64,000 bases of DNA from a virus: the IMG/VR virus record IMGVR_UViG_3300046674_000532. One strand, written 5' to 3'. Shown here one piece after another: positions 1-9,497 of this stretch. Within the stretch, counting starts at the first letter, position 1, and every line of letters starts with the position of its first letter. The position numbers and the translations under genes are program-made. The notes under the pieces are model-generated. The model searched no databases and had not been told where the DNA came from. It worked only from the letters and a program-made list of their open reading frames with translations.

Positions 1-296
1 AAGCGGCGGGTGCTGACTCCGATGCGGAGGTAGGAGCGCATTTCGCGGGCGAAGATCTGGCCCTTGGTGGAGCGGGCGGTCAGCTTGGCGGCCTTCTCGG
101 CCTTGCGCTCGGCGGCCAGCAGGTTGTCGGTGGCGGCCTGGGCGGTGTCGCCATGGCCTTCGAGCTGGCCGCGGGTGGCGCGCCAGGTGACGTCGGGGCG
201 TAGGCGGAGGCTGATGTCCGAGGCGGTCCAGGTCATGAAGCCTGCGGCGGTGAGGGTGGTCTCGGTGCCGTGGATGCTGATGGCCTCGGTGTTCAT
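1..296 (-). CDS. hypothetical protein, N-terminal part only (continues past left edge)
   Basis: ATG at 296 preceded by GGGGGAG RBS. My own translation, MNTEAISIHGTETTLTAAGFMTWTASD..., stays open to position 1 with G/C-rich third positions. It is absent from the ORF track because it is truncated. Confidence 0.5.
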   Translation of the reverse strand, partial: MNTEAISIHGTETTLTAAGFMTWTASDISLRLRPDVTWRATRGQLEGHGDTAQAATDNLLAAERKAEKAAKLTARSTKGQIFAREMRSYLRIGVSTRR

Positions 297-334
297 GGCT
301 CCCCCTACGGGTGGTGTCTTGGTGCGATGTATCC

Positions 335-367
335 ACCGTACCGTGCCAGGCATTGCACTGCAATGCC
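335..367 (-). promoter_or_regulatory. operator-promoter copy 1: palindrome GGCATTGCACTGCAATGCC over the -35
   Basis: Perfect 19-bp palindrome at 349..367. Its arm gives -35 TTGCAG (358..363), then a 17-nt spacer and -10 TACGGT (335..340), pointing at the gene starting at 296. Confidence 0.55.
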
Positions 368-387
368 TGACGCTGAACCGGGCACAG

Positions 388-417
388 AAAAGGGGCCCAA
401 CCCGAAGGCCAGACCCC
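388..417 (-). terminator. rho-independent-type terminator downstream of ssb
   Basis: Minus strand reads GGGGTCTGGCC-TTCG-GGTTGGGCCCC followed by TTTTCTG, about 20 nt after the ssb stop. Confidence 0.6.
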
Positions 418-436
418 TACGCCACACCCCACAAGA

Positions 437-964
437 TCAGAAAGGCGGCTCGTCCGAATACCCGCCATCCCCCGCACCCGCCCAAACCGACTGCCCGCCC
501 TGCTGCGCCGCCGCACCCGACGTCGCCCACGAATCCTCACGCCCCTCCCGCGACGACTCCTGACGCGCCTGCGCGTACGCCTGCTTACCGGCACCGCTCG
601 AGCCGGCCTTCGTCACCTTCGCCGTCGCCATCTTCAGCGACACAGCCACCTCGTCGGCCTCCAGCTCGTAGACCGTCCGCTTCACGCCCTCACGGTCCTC
701 GTACGACCGCTGCGACAGCCGCCCCTGGATGACGACCCGGCAGCCTTTCACCACCGACTCGGCCACGTGCTCGGCCTGCTGCCTCCACACCGACACCGGC
801 AAGAACAGGGTCTGCCCGTCCACCCAGGCCTGCTTCTCCCGGTCATAGGTCCGCGGTGTCGACGCCACCGTGAACTTCGCAACGCCCGCGCCAGACGGCG
901 TAAAACGCAGCTCAGGATCCGATGTCGCATTGCCAATCACCGTGATGACGGTTTCCCCACTCAT
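437..964 (-). CDS. ssb: single-stranded DNA-binding protein
   Basis: OB-fold SSB signature [27 protein letters not shown], Gly/Ala/Gln-rich linker and acidic C-terminal tail DEPPF. Internal ATG at 964 chosen (ATGA overlap with upstream gene). Confidence 0.9.
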   Translation of the reverse strand: MSGETVITVIGNATSDPELRFTPSGAGVAKFTVASTPRTYDREKQAWVDGQTLFLPVSVWRQQAEHVAESVVKGCRVVIQGRLSQRSYEDREGVKRTVYELEADEVAVSLKMATAKVTKAGSSGAGKQAYAQARQESSREGREDSWATSGAAAQQGGQSVWAGAGDGGYSDEPPF

Positions 965-1890
965 GCCGCTTCCTCCATCTGGTTCTTCGTCAGGGTTCGT
1001 TCCCGCGGTACGTACACGCGCCGCCACACGCGCCGGCCGTCGGCGGCCGCGCGCTCCTTGATGCGCTCCCAGGTCCGCTCCGCGGCGTCCGGGTTCATGT
1101 CCAGGCGGGCAGCTATCTCCGCGGTGGTGTCGTTGGTCCACTCGAACAGGTGGGTCAGGACTTCCCGCCGGGCAGCCCGGTCGAGGATCACGGCCTCACC
1201 CATCAGCCAGCGCGCCGCCAGGTTCCCGCCCTCCGAGACGATCGGGTCGGCAGCATCCGTCTGAGGGACAGCCTGCGGGTCGTCGATCGTGTCGTCGTCC
1301 CACGCAAGCGGCCCATCCCAGCCCTGCCGTTGTGCGGCACGCCGAGTCCGGTCCGCCACCCATTCCTTGACCCCCTGGTCACACGGGTCAGCGTTCCACC
1401 AGGCCCCGTACACGTCCCTCACGGCGCGGGCTATGCGGGCGGTCACCTTCTCGCTGATCACGGCCTTCTGGAAGTAGCGGGAGGGGATCCCTGCCTTCCG
1501 TGCGATGGCAACCAGGTTGAAGCCGCGTACCTGGAGCGCCTGGAGACGGCGCCGGGTTCCGGTCGGATCGATGCGGGCCGCGTCAGGGAAGTTGTCCAAC
1601 TTGGGCCAGTAGGCGAGGAGGAGTTCCGCGGTCTCCGTATGAAACTTCTCGCTCGGCCCCCCTCCTTCCTGTGAACCCCACAGGAGATGGTCCAGGTAGT
1701 GGGCGCAGAGACCGAAGTGCTTCTCCAGGGCCCGGACCGGCATGCCAGCAGCACGTATCCGGTTGACATGGTCGCGTACGGGCTGCGCAGGCACGAACGG
1801 CTGCCACTCGCCCGCAGCGATGAGCTGTTCCCGGCGGCTCCGCCAGCGTGACCTTGCGACCTTCTGCGCGTAGGACGTCGTGGTGCTCAT
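961..1890 (-). CDS. hypothetical DNA-binding protein (HTH-like segments)
   Basis: Only the last 309 codons of ORF 961..3027 look protein-like. ATG at 1890 overlaps the upstream stop (ATGA). HTH-like segment [27 protein letters not shown]. Confidence 0.7.
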   Translation of the reverse strand: MSTTTSYAQKVARSRWRSRREQLIAAGEWQPFVPAQPVRDHVNRIRAAGMPVRALEKHFGLCAHYLDHLLWGSQEGGGPSEKFHTETAELLLAYWPKLDNFPDAARIDPTGTRRRLQALQVRGFNLVAIARKAGIPSRYFQKAVISEKVTARIARAVRDVYGAWWNADPCDQGVKEWVADRTRRAAQRQGWDGPLAWDDDTIDDPQAVPQTDAADPIVSEGGNLAARWLMGEAVILDRAARREVLTHLFEWTNDTTAEIAARLDMNPDAAERTWERIKERAAADGRRVWRRVYVPRERTLTKNQMEEAA

Positions 1891-2564
1891 GCCGCCACCG
1901 CCAGCTCCGCCGCCTGCTCTGCGGCGCCCTGGACGTTCCACGCGCGGACGGCCTTGCCCAGGTAGTCCTCGCACACCTGCAAATAGGCGGCGATGTCCCG
2001 GTTCCCGACGCCCATCTCCCGCAGCTGGGTGACGACGTCCCGGGATTCGTCCCGCACGATCTCCCACAGGGCCCGGGTGTCGCCGTTGCCGCGGCGGGGC
2101 AGGATGCCGCCCTTGCCACCCGCCCACCACACCGCCAGACGGACGGTGACCGGCAACGCCAGGACGTCGTACTTCTGCAGCTCCACGACCATCTGCGCCG
2201 GCGTCAGACCGCGCTGCCGGAGCGGCATCATCCGCGACGACCACTCCGGGGACGCCAGCACCCGGGCCTGCCGCAGATCCGGATCCGCACCCAGGAGCGC
2301 CTCCACGCGCAGCGCACGCCGCTGCACCGTCGTCAGACCGCCGACGACACCCCACAGCATGTAACTGGACTGCTCGTACTCGAGCGCGTCGGACAGGCAC
2401 GTCGTCCTCACCGGGCAGCCACGGCAGATCCCCTGAACGCGCTTCTGCGTGCCGGGACTGTCGGAGAACATGGTCTCGGTGTCGACTCCCTGGCAGCCGG
2501 AGGAGTCCCGCCAGTCGATGCTGCGCGCGGCGCGTTTCCTGGCGTGGCGGGTCGGGGTGTTCAT
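1887..2564 (-). CDS. WhiB-like Fe-S transcription factor with ~130-aa C-terminal extension
   Basis: Four Cys in Wbl arrangement (CQGVD...CRGCPVRTTC) followed by the WGVVGGLT turn; the long extra C-terminal region is unassigned. Confidence 0.8.
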   Translation of the reverse strand: MNTPTRHARKRAARSIDWRDSSGCQGVDTETMFSDSPGTQKRVQGICRGCPVRTTCLSDALEYEQSSYMLWGVVGGLTTVQRRALRVEALLGADPDLRQARVLASPEWSSRMMPLRQRGLTPAQMVVELQKYDVLALPVTVRLAVWWAGGKGGILPRRGNGDTRALWEIVRDESRDVVTQLREMGVGNRDIAAYLQVCEDYLGKAVRAWNVQGAAEQAAELAVAA

Positions 2565-3163
2565 GAGGTGGCTCCGGGAAGGGTCGGCCAGACCGCCTTT
2601 TCGATGGCGGCCCGGTGGGTTTTGGGCATGTCAGTGATCGGGTGGCCGATCCAGTCGCGGCCGGCGGCCATGAGGACGACGGCGTCGGCGGCGTTGTCGT
2701 CGCCTCCGGTGGTCCAGGCGGGGAAGCGTCGGGAGACCTGGTCGATGACGGCTCCCTTGGCGGCGGTGCCCTTGCCGGTGGCGTAGAGAGCGCGCTGGTT
2801 GGGGGACAGCAGGCCGACCGGGATGCTGCGTCGGGTGAGGCGGTTGTAGAGCTGCCACCAGAGCCAGCCGCGTTCGTGGGCGCCTCCTCCGCTGCGGGAG
2901 ACGGCGGGGAGTTCCATGACGACGAGGTCGGGGCTGTCGATGGCGGCCAGGATGTTCTCGAGGAGGTTCTGCAGCTCGGTGAGGCGTTGCGGGTGTGGGA
3001 GTTGGGTGATGCCGGGGTCCTTGGCACGCTGCTTCTTGTAGCCGATGACTTCGCACCAGCCGCGGGTGGAGGCGAGGCCTGTGGCGGTGAGGCTGGGGTC
3101 GAGGCCGATGACGTGGGGGCCGGGGAGGGTGGTGGTGAGGGGGGCGGGGGCGGTGATGGTCAC
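2561..3163 (-). CDS. RuvC-like Holliday junction resolvase
   Basis: Acidic catalytic motifs VIGLDPSLTATG, VVMELPA and NAADAVVLMAAG. GTG at 3163 overlaps the upstream stop (GTGA); the Pro-rich N-terminal part of the ORF was discarded. Confidence 0.75.
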   Translation of the reverse strand: MTITAPAPLTTTLPGPHVIGLDPSLTATGLASTRGWCEVIGYKKQRAKDPGITQLPHPQRLTELQNLLENILAAIDSPDLVVMELPAVSRSGGGAHERGWLWWQLYNRLTRRSIPVGLLSPNQRALYATGKGTAAKGAVIDQVSRRFPAWTTGGDDNAADAVVLMAAGRDWIGHPITDMPKTHRAAIEKAVWPTLPGATS

Positions 3164-3369
3164 TGGGTGATCTCCTGGAGGGGTTGTCCGTGGCGCAGGT
3201 AGGTGGCGTGGCCGGGGCGGTGGCCGAGGTGGTGGAGGCCGCAGAATTCGCATTCGTACGGTCGGAGTCGGGGGCCGCCGATGCGTCGTATTTGGCGGGC
3301 TCGGCGTCGGGCGGTGGCGCGGTCGTAGAACCGGCTTTTACCGAGGCAGGCGACTTCGTACTCGGTCAC
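3160..3369 (-). CDS. small zinc-ribbon-like protein
   Basis: 69 aa, basic, with Cys/His cluster CEFCGLHHLGH; coupled on both sides by 4-nt overlaps. Confidence 0.6.
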   Translation of the reverse strand: MTEYEVACLGKSRFYDRATARRRARQIRRIGGPRLRPYECEFCGLHHLGHRPGHATYLRHGQPLQEITQ

Positions 3370-4379
3370 CCGGCGGGCACCGGGAAGGCGTCGTGGGTGC
3401 GCCCGTCGAGTTCGCGGCCGGCGTTCTTCTTGCCGACGCGGGCGAGTTCGATGCGGTGGCCGAGGTCATCGACCGGATCTCCAGCGAGGAGGGTGCCCTT
3501 GCTGGTGGCGCCGATGACGAGGTAGCCGGTGGGCGCGTACTCGCCCCACTGCTTGAAGAAGAACGGCACGTCTGCTTCGGCGCACTGGTCGCGCAGTGCC
3601 GTGGCCCACTGGGGTGCCATGGGGCGGGCGCTGCGGCCGGACTCGCCGCCGACGATGACCCAGTCGATGCCGTGGAACTTCTTGCAGCAGTCGCCCGCGT
3701 GGACGTAGGAGGTGTTCAGGCCGTGGCCTCGTTCGCTGCCCATGGTCCGGACGGCATGCTTGAGGTCGACGGGGCCGAGGAGCGGTTCACAGGACAGGAA
3801 GCGAACGGCGGCCGGGGTGTCCAGGAGTGCGGGGATGCGGAGGTCGGCTCGCTTCTGGTCCTCGACGCTGACGCCCAACCAGACGTTCCGGAGCGGCTTG
3901 GCGAAGTCACTCCACCACTGCGAGGTCTTCTGCTCCCGCTCGTACCGCGGCATCGGCGTCGCCTCGTCGTTGACGAGCACGGCCTGGGCCGCCTCGCATG
4001 CCAGGCGAAAGTCGCTGCTGTTGAGCAGGGCCCGCATGCGTCCGTGGCGCTTCGTCAGCACCTGGTACGTGTGCTGGGGGGTGAGCGCCATGACGGCGAA
4101 AACGCTGGCGATGTACTCGGTCGGAATGTCCTTGTGGAACAGGTCGGACATCGAGTTGACGAAGACGCGCTTCGGCTTCCGCCACCGCAGCGGAAGGGTC
4201 AGTCGTTCGGGGCGGAGGGTGACATCGAAGCCGGTCTCGAAGTGGTGGCCGGGGGTGCCGCGCCAGCGTTCGGCGAAGGTCTCGGCGTAGCAGTTGTCGC
4301 AGCCGGACGAGACTTTCTCGCAGCCGGTGACGACGTTCCAGGTGGCGTCCGTCCATTCGATCTTGCTGGTGTCAGCCAT
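3366..4379 (-). CDS. phage Gp37/Gp68 family protein (DUF5131)
   Basis: Characteristic N-terminus KIEWTDATWNVVTGCEKVSSGCDNCYAE. Confidence 0.85.
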   Translation of the reverse strand: MADTSKIEWTDATWNVVTGCEKVSSGCDNCYAETFAERWRGTPGHHFETGFDVTLRPERLTLPLRWRKPKRVFVNSMSDLFHKDIPTEYIASVFAVMALTPQHTYQVLTKRHGRMRALLNSSDFRLACEAAQAVLVNDEATPMPRYEREQKTSQWWSDFAKPLRNVWLGVSVEDQKRADLRIPALLDTPAAVRFLSCEPLLGPVDLKHAVRTMGSERGHGLNTSYVHAGDCCKKFHGIDWVIVGGESGRSARPMAPQWATALRDQCAEADVPFFFKQWGEYAPTGYLVIGATSKGTLLAGDPVDDLGHRIELARVGKKNAGRELDGRTHDAFPVPAG

Positions 4380-4596
4380 GGGTCTTCTCCGGGGAGGGTT
4401 CAGGGAGTCCGAGGGTCTGGGCGAGGGAGCGGCGGGCGTTGTGGTCGTTGGCGGGGTTGTTGATCCAGCGGGATACGAGGGCGAGGCGTGCTCGGAGGAT
4501 GGCGAGGTCGTTCTCGGCGCGGGCGAGCAGGTCGGGGTGCCTGGCCTGGAGTTGGCCAGCGAGGGTGGCGACGTAGGCCGGGTCTGCGGCGCTCAC
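4372..4596 (-). CDS. hypothetical protein
   Basis: 74-aa ORF in an operon context with overlapping starts/stops and high GC3. Confidence 0.6.
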   Translation of the reverse strand: MSAADPAYVATLAGQLQARHPDLLARAENDLAILRARLALVSRWINNPANDHNARRSLAQTLGLPEPSPEKTHG

Positions 4597-5180
4597 GGCT
4601 CCGGGTGCTCCTTCGCGGTCTCCTTGTCGGCGGTCCGGGCGGCGAGGCCATCGGCGATGGCGGCGAGGGGCAGGGGCTGGGTGGAGGTGGTGGTCTTCTT
4701 CGCGGCCTGGAGGGCTTCGGCGGCGGTCTGCTTGGGCGTGTAGTGGCGGGCGTGGCAGTGGGTGGCGCGGGCGGCGGCCATGCGGAGGTCGGCGGGGGTG
4801 TGGATGGGGTCGGCGTGGTGGGCGCCCTGGTTGCAGGGGGTGAAGGCGTGGAAGGGGGCGGCGGACTGGTCGTCGGGCGTGTAGGCGAGGACGGCGCCGG
4901 AGGGGAAGGCACGGGCTGCGGTGCCGTCGGGGCGCTGCTGCCAGTCGCGTACGAGCCCGTGGGGCAGGCCGTGAACTTTGGCGGCGTGGTAGGCGGCGAG
5001 TTGGAGTTCGGTGATGAACTCGGTGGTGCGGACGGGGAGCGGGGGCGTCGGCTTGACGAGGGAGAGGGCGGCCGCGGTCTTGCGCGGGGCGCGGGTGCGC
5101 TTGGCGGTCGGTTTCTTGGCCTGGGTCTTCTTCGCTGCGGTCTTGGCGGGGGTGCTGCTGGTGCGTGCCCTGGTGGTCAT
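4593..5180 (-). CDS. hypothetical protein with Lys/Ala-rich basic N-terminal tail
   Basis: 195 aa. N-terminus TPAKTAAKKTQAKKPTAKRTRAPRK resembles histone-like tails; the rest is His/Cys-containing and unassigned. Confidence 0.65.
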   Translation of the reverse strand: MTTRARTSSTPAKTAAKKTQAKKPTAKRTRAPRKTAAALSLVKPTPPLPVRTTEFITELQLAAYHAAKVHGLPHGLVRDWQQRPDGTAARAFPSGAVLAYTPDDQSAAPFHAFTPCNQGAHHADPIHTPADLRMAAARATHCHARHYTPKQTAAEALQAAKKTTTSTQPLPLAAIADGLAARTADKETAKEHPEP

Positions 5181-5305
5181 GCCTGTTCTCCGTCCTGCGG
5201 ATGCTGGTGCTGTTCGGTGGTGCTCCGGTGGTTGTGCTGGTGGTGGGTGATGAGGAGTGCGAAGGCGGTGAGGACGGCGGCGGCGATGCCGTCCGGCCAG
5301 GTCAC
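5177..5305 (-). CDS. possible 42-aa membrane peptide
   Basis: GTG at 5305 (GTGA overlap with protease stop) and stop overlapping the next ATG. Hydrophobic stretch IAAAVLTAFALLI. Below the ORF-track size cut-off as an independent ORF. Confidence 0.35.
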   Translation of the reverse strand: MTWPDGIAAAVLTAFALLITHHQHNHRSTTEQHQHPQDGEQA

Positions 5306-5997
5306 TGCGTGGATTCCTTGGCCGGCGTGAGGGTGAGCGGCCGCAGTTTGGTGCGGTTGGCGACGAGGTTCTTGAACCCGGTGGTGTCCTGCGGGGTGTA
5401 GTCGTCGGCGTAGGTGGCGGTGGTGTAGCCGCCCCAGGTGTCGCCGCGCATGAGGGGGGAGGGGTTGGTGGTCCAGGTGTTGGGGTGGGTGAGGCCGAAG
5501 GAGTGGCCGAGTTCGTGGGAGATGACCTTGCGGCGGTAGATCTCGTGCTGGCCGTTGACGATCTGGGTGGTCCAGTTGCCGAGGGCGATGCTGGCGCGGG
5601 AGCCGTCGGCGGCGCCGGTGGCGGTGTGGCACTGGGATGCGTTGGACCTGGTCACGGTGGACGTCAGCCGCATGATGATGGTGTGGCTGGTCGGGCAGGC
5701 CGTGGCGCCCTTGGAGATGGTGGTGGTGACGGTGACCGTCAGGCCGGTGGCTGCCTTCACGTGGGCGGCGGTCAGCTTCGCGTACGCGGTGAGCTTCGTC
5801 CGGGATGTGCTGTCGTAGAAGACGATCGTCCAGGGCTTGCTGTCGAGGTAGCGGACGCCGTTGCCGTCGCCGATGTTCCAGCCGGTTCCCTCGTAGACCT
5901 GGTAGAGGCCCGCGCCGTGGGCACGCCCGGGGGCGGCAACCACGGCGGAGGCGGCCAGGGTGAGGGCGAACGCCGCGCTGGCTATTCGGGTTCTCAT
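5302..5997 (-). CDS. secreted metzincin-type zinc metalloprotease
   Basis: Sec-type signal peptide MRTRIASAAFALTLAASAVVAAPGRAHG, zinc motif HELGHSFGLTH (HExxHxxGxxH) and a downstream Met (PLMRGD). ATG at 5997 overlaps the upstream stop. Confidence 0.8.
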   Translation of the reverse strand: MRTRIASAAFALTLAASAVVAAPGRAHGAGLYQVYEGTGWNIGDGNGVRYLDSKPWTIVFYDSTSRTKLTAYAKLTAAHVKAATGLTVTVTTTISKGATACPTSHTIIMRLTSTVTRSNASQCHTATGAADGSRASIALGNWTTQIVNGQHEIYRRKVISHELGHSFGLTHPNTWTTNPSPLMRGDTWGGYTTATYADDYTPQDTTGFKNLVANRTKLRPLTLTPAKESTQ

Positions 5998-6290
5998 GCG
6001 GGTCGTCCGTTCTTCCGGGCCCACCACTTCTGGGCCTTGTCGGTCTGGGTGGTCTTGTCGGCGAGGTGGGACTGCATGACCTCCAGGGCGGCGCGTCCGT
6101 AGCCGGCGGCGTACATCCGTTCCGGGAGGGTGGAGGTGGGGGTGATGAAGTCGAGGGCGAGGGTGGCGTTGACTCGGACGGTGTCGGGCTGGTGGTGCTG
6201 GGCGTCGTCGTAGGCGTCGGCGCGGCCGCGGGCGAAGTCGGGGTTGGTGGAGAACGGGGGCGGTCCGGGGGCGATGTCGGTGATCGTCAT
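5994..6290 (-). CDS. hypothetical protein
   Basis: 98 aa, coupled to the protease gene; leader GGATCCCCACCGCC-ATG resembles other starts in this genome. Confidence 0.6.
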   Translation of the reverse strand: MTITDIAPGPPPFSTNPDFARGRADAYDDAQHHQPDTVRVNATLALDFITPTSTLPERMYAAGYGRAALEVMQSHLADKTTQTDKAQKWWARKNGRPA

Positions 6291-6328
6291 GGCGGTGGGG
6301 ATCCGTTTCGTGTCAGGGGGCGGTGGGG

Positions 6329-6652
6329 TCAGGCGACGGATTCGGTGATGTCCGGGTGGATGGGCTCTTCGGTGAGGGCCAGGGCGTGGACCAGGACCGG
6401 GGTGCGGGAGCCGTCGGAGCGGGGCTCGGTGTGGGTGCGCAGCGTCCAGAGGGTGACGCCGAGGCTGGCGCGTTCGCGGGTGATGTAGCCGCCGCAGGCG
6501 GTCAGCCAGGCCTGCAGGTGCTGGATGTCGTCGGTGAAGATGTGGGCGGCGTCGTTGCGGGCGATGAGGCGGCCGATGGGCAGGCCGTGCAGGTCGGCGG
6601 TGACGAGGGCCGCTGTGGTGGGGTCTGTGCTGGTGCGTGCGGTGGTGGCCAT
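6329..6652 (-). CDS. hypothetical protein
   Basis: Only the last 107 codons of ORF 6329..7105 look protein-like (MATTARTSTDPTTAALVTADLHG...); ATG at 6652. Confidence 0.55.
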   Translation of the reverse strand: MATTARTSTDPTTAALVTADLHGLPIGRLIARNDAAHIFTDDIQHLQAWLTACGGYITRERASLGVTLWTLRTHTEPRSDGSRTPVLVHALALTEEPIHPDITESVA

Positions 6653-6691
6653 GTGGTGCTCCCCTGCTGGCGGTTCGGTGGTGGTTGTGGT

Positions 6692-6733
6692 CCCGCCCGG
6701 CCGGGGCCTTGTGGTCATCCGCGGCCGGGCGGG
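6692..6733 (-). terminator. 12-bp-stem hairpin downstream of gene 6745..7110
   Basis: CCCGCCCGGCCG-18 nt-CGGCCGGGCGGG immediately after the stop at 6745. Confidence 0.5.
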
Positions 6734-6744
6734 GAATCTGTGGG

Positions 6745-7110
6745 TCAGTCGAGGTCCGGGGCGGGGTGCCGGTCGGCGCACAGGGGGCATTGGCGGATCG
6801 GCAGGTTGAAGCCGTTGGACTCTTCGATGGTTCGGGCGTCGGGGTCGGCGTTGTCGAAGACGGCCGGGCAGACGCAGGTGCACTTGCAGGGGAGGACTTC
6901 GCCGCCGTACTCGATGTGGAGGCCGGCGAGCGCGGCGACGCCGAGCATCAGGGAGTTGTATTCGCCTGCGTCGCTGGTGTCGTCGGCGCGCTGGAGGAGC
7001 TGGTCGAGGCGGTTCTGCTGGGTGGCGGTGAGGTCGCGGTAGTCGACGCTGGTGGGCGTCTTTCGGGCGTGCGTCATCAGGGCCACGGGGTCTCCTGGGG
7101 TGCAAGTCAC
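6745..7110 (-). CDS. hypothetical Cys-rich protein
   Basis: 121 aa with CKCTCVCP and CPLC clusters. Start is GTG 7110 or ATG 7077 (uncertain). Confidence 0.6.
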   Translation of the reverse strand: MTCTPGDPVALMTHARKTPTSVDYRDLTATQQNRLDQLLQRADDTSDAGEYNSLMLGVAALAGLHIEYGGEVLPCKCTCVCPAVFDNADPDARTIEESNGFNLPIRQCPLCADRHPAPDLD

Positions 7111-7155
7111 GTCGTCAGACCGGGTTTTGGGTGGTCTGTCGTTGTCGGCTTAATC

Positions 7156-7188
7156 ACCGTACCCGTTCAGGCATGGCAGTGCAATGCC
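7156..7188 (-). promoter_or_regulatory. operator-promoter copy 2
   Basis: GGCATGGCAGTGCAATGCC (7170..7188, one mismatch). -35 TTGCAC (7179..7184), 17-nt spacer, -10 TACGGT (7156..7161); same geometry as copy 1. Confidence 0.55.
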
Positions 7189-7206
7189 CACGCTGTGCGG
7201 GCATGA

Positions 7207-7242
7207 GAAAGGCCCCGCCCCGGAAGTTCGGGTGCAGGGCCT
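7207..7242 (-). terminator. hairpin downstream of gene 7267..7494
   Basis: AGGCCC...GGGCCT outer stem with additional inner G-C/G-U pairs, 25 nt after the stop. Confidence 0.4.
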
Positions 7243-7266
7243 GTGGGGGTGCGGACAGTGGGCCGG

Positions 7267-7494
7267 TCAGTCCGGGTACAGCTCGGCATGGACGTCGAGG
7301 AGGTCGCTCCACGACGCGTAGTCGGTCCGGCCGCACCGGATGATTTCCACGGGATCCGGCTTGTGGGCCAGGGCGTGCTTCTTCAGGGTCCGCGGGGCGA
7401 CCGGGCGGCCCGTCTCCTCGAGGAGGTCACAGGCCTCGCGGAGGCTGACGAGGTCCGACGTGGCGGCGTAGGGACTCGGGTTGGCGATGGCCAT
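7267..7494 (-). CDS. small putative DNA-binding protein
   Basis: 75 aa, RBS GGGAGCACCGCC-ATG. An HTH-like segment (LREACDLLEETGRPVAPRTLKKH) is only weakly supported. Confidence 0.55.
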   Translation of the reverse strand: MAIANPSPYAATSDLVSLREACDLLEETGRPVAPRTLKKHALAHKPDPVEIIRCGRTDYASWSDLLDVHAELYPD

Positions 7495-7620
7495 GGCGGT
7501 GCTCCCATGTACGGCGGGCCATCGTTCGCAGCTCCGGCGGCCGGACGGGGTGGACCTTGCGGGTCCAGTTGTGATGAAACCGTGTGCAGGTGTTGGAGTG
7601 CTAGACCCGCGTACCCCCGA

Positions 7621-8181
7621 TTAGGTTGCACGCACCTGGCGAGAATTTTTTTGTCCTACAACGTGGTGGTAGGCGAGCTGTGCGAGCGTCCAGGCGTTGG
7701 TCATACCGTCCTCGTCGCGGCACCGGGTGTGGGTGCATACCGCGCGCTCCCGGCCGTGGTCCCACCTCAGACCGAACGTGCGGCAGGCGGGGCAGCGGTG
7801 GGGCGGGATGACGCCGGTGTCGCCCATGGTGATGGCGAACTCCAGGGCCTGGCGGAACACGACGGTGGCGCGGCGCTGCACCTGGGCGTCCGTGGCGTTC
7901 TCGGTGTTGGCGATGTACCAGTCGTAGACGGCGTCGATCTGGCTGGGCCGCGGTTCGGCGGCCGGGTTCACGGCCTCCACGTGGTGTACGACCTCGTTGA
8001 CGGAGTCGGTGATCTGGTCGACGACGCGGAGGTTCACGGGGGCGCCGCCGTCCGTGCGGGTGCCTCGGGGTTCGGAGCTGATGTAGGAGTGGCCGTCGGG
8101 TCCGGTGACAGGGCGCTGCAGGAAGTGCTGGTGCATCTGCCGCAGGCGGGTTGCTGCAATGTTCTCGTGTCCGTTGCCCAT
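7621..8181 (-). CDS. hypothetical protein with C-terminal zinc-finger-like Cys cluster
   Basis: ATG at 8181 (MGNGHENIAATRL...); CPACRTFG...CTHTRC near the C-terminus. Confidence 0.6.
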   Translation of the reverse strand: MGNGHENIAATRLRQMHQHFLQRPVTGPDGHSYISSEPRGTRTDGGAPVNLRVVDQITDSVNEVVHHVEAVNPAAEPRPSQIDAVYDWYIANTENATDAQVQRRATVVFRQALEFAITMGDTGVIPPHRCPACRTFGLRWDHGRERAVCTHTRCRDEDGMTNAWTLAQLAYHHVVGQKNSRQVRAT

Positions 8182-8434
8182 GGTGACCCCGTCCCGTAGG
8201 GCGGCCCCGGGGGAGCGCGGGACGTCCATGCATGGCGGGGCGCGCGCCGGGGGCCGGAAGTGCGAACTCCGGGTGATTCCGGACGCCCCACTATGGCACG
8301 TGGGTGGCTGGAGTTGAACAGATCGTCGCAGTTGATCAACGCTGTGTGGTGGGCGGTTGCACAACGGCCCACGTCAACGGGCATGATCCGCCCGGCTCTT
8401 ATCAACACAACGTCTTACAAGGGTCGCTTTGTCG

Positions 8435-8836
8435 TCATTCCTCGGCGATGATCTCGGGTGCCTGACGCATCCCCTGGAACAGTTCGCCGAGCTTTCCCCG
8501 CTGCGCCTCGTCGATGATTCCCTCCGCGTGCGCGCCCTCGAGCATCCCCGTCACGATCTGCAGGGTGGTGTCGTAGGCGCGGGCGGTCCGGACGTCGGTC
8601 AGGGACAGCCGGTGCGCGTTGAACGTGATCTCGACGTGCTCGGCCAAATCGTGCATCGTGCGGGCACTGCTCTGGTGGGCGCTGTTCGCGTGGGAGTTGT
8701 TCACGTCCCGATGCCACCGCCCCCCGGGGCCAGTCCCGCTGCTCCTGCTCCCGCCGTGCTTCCTGAAGTCAATTACGGCCGCCTCGCCCTGCCCGTTCAC
8801 TGCGGGCGTGGGGCGAACCGGTTCTGCTGCGGACAT
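8435..8836 (-). CDS. hypothetical protein
   Basis: 133-aa ORF; the C-terminal two thirds have ordinary helical-protein composition. Confidence 0.55.
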   Translation of the reverse strand: MSAAEPVRPTPAVNGQGEAAVIDFRKHGGSRSSGTGPGGRWHRDVNNSHANSAHQSSARTMHDLAEHVEITFNAHRLSLTDVRTARAYDTTLQIVTGMLEGAHAEGIIDEAQRGKLGELFQGMRQAPEIIAEE

Positions 8837-9497
8837 GGGGCGTCTCCGCTCCTCCGGCAGATATCGGGAAGGGTCTCGTGCAGCACGGCCTTGGGCCGCG
8901 CCCCGTCCCGCGTCACGGCTGCCAGTCCGAACCGCGGGAAGCCCACTGTGGCACCACTACCGGCGTGGCGGGTAGGACAGATGCAGATTTCACCGATCAT
9001 TGCGGCGCGACGTGTACAGATCCGGCCTGATCACTCACGGGCCGCCACCGTTCCGGCCATTCCGGCGAGTTGACGTGTAAGGCCCCGCCAGGGGGTGGGG
9101 TGACGTGTTTTGCCGACAACGACTCCCGCAGGCCGGCGGGGCCTCGAGACCTCACGGGCATGCCCGCCAGATGACGGTGATTGTAGTCGCGCTATGTGCA
9201 CGAAGGGGAGTGGCTTGCCCCGGCGGAAATCCCGCCTGGGGCATGACGGTACAAGGTGGGGCTGGTGCCGGGCTGGGGTGGCTGGCCGCCCTGACCGAGG
9301 TGAGGCACTGGAGGGCTGCGATCCACACAGGCCCTGCCCGGCCGGGCGGCCGGCCCTCCCAACGCGTGGGGGGTCGGCGCACCCTAGCCAACCTGCAGTG
9401 ATTGCCTGAGGCAAGAGATTGGTAAGAGGCTCACACGATCGACGGACGAAAAACCCCGACAACACTCGCAAACACGACCGAATTTTGTCGGTGTACA

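Noticed and set aside
961-3027. 688-aa ORF spanning three genes
   Set aside because: Only its last 309 codons (961..1890) read like protein. The N-terminal two thirds are Pro/Arg/Ala-rich out-of-frame shadow over the WhiB-like and RuvC-like genes, which have clear motifs.
4400-4912. Pro-rich 170-aa ORF and similar Pro/Arg-rich ORFs (e.g. 6329..7105 N-terminal part, 38771..40696 N-terminal part, 54841..56517)
   Set aside because: Composition is typical of wrong-frame reading of GC-rich coding DNA; each overlaps a better-supported gene.
7621-7628. TAGGTT -10-like box on the plus strand
   Set aside because: It overlaps the TAA stop of gene 7621..8181, has no -35 and has no plausible plus-strand gene downstream.
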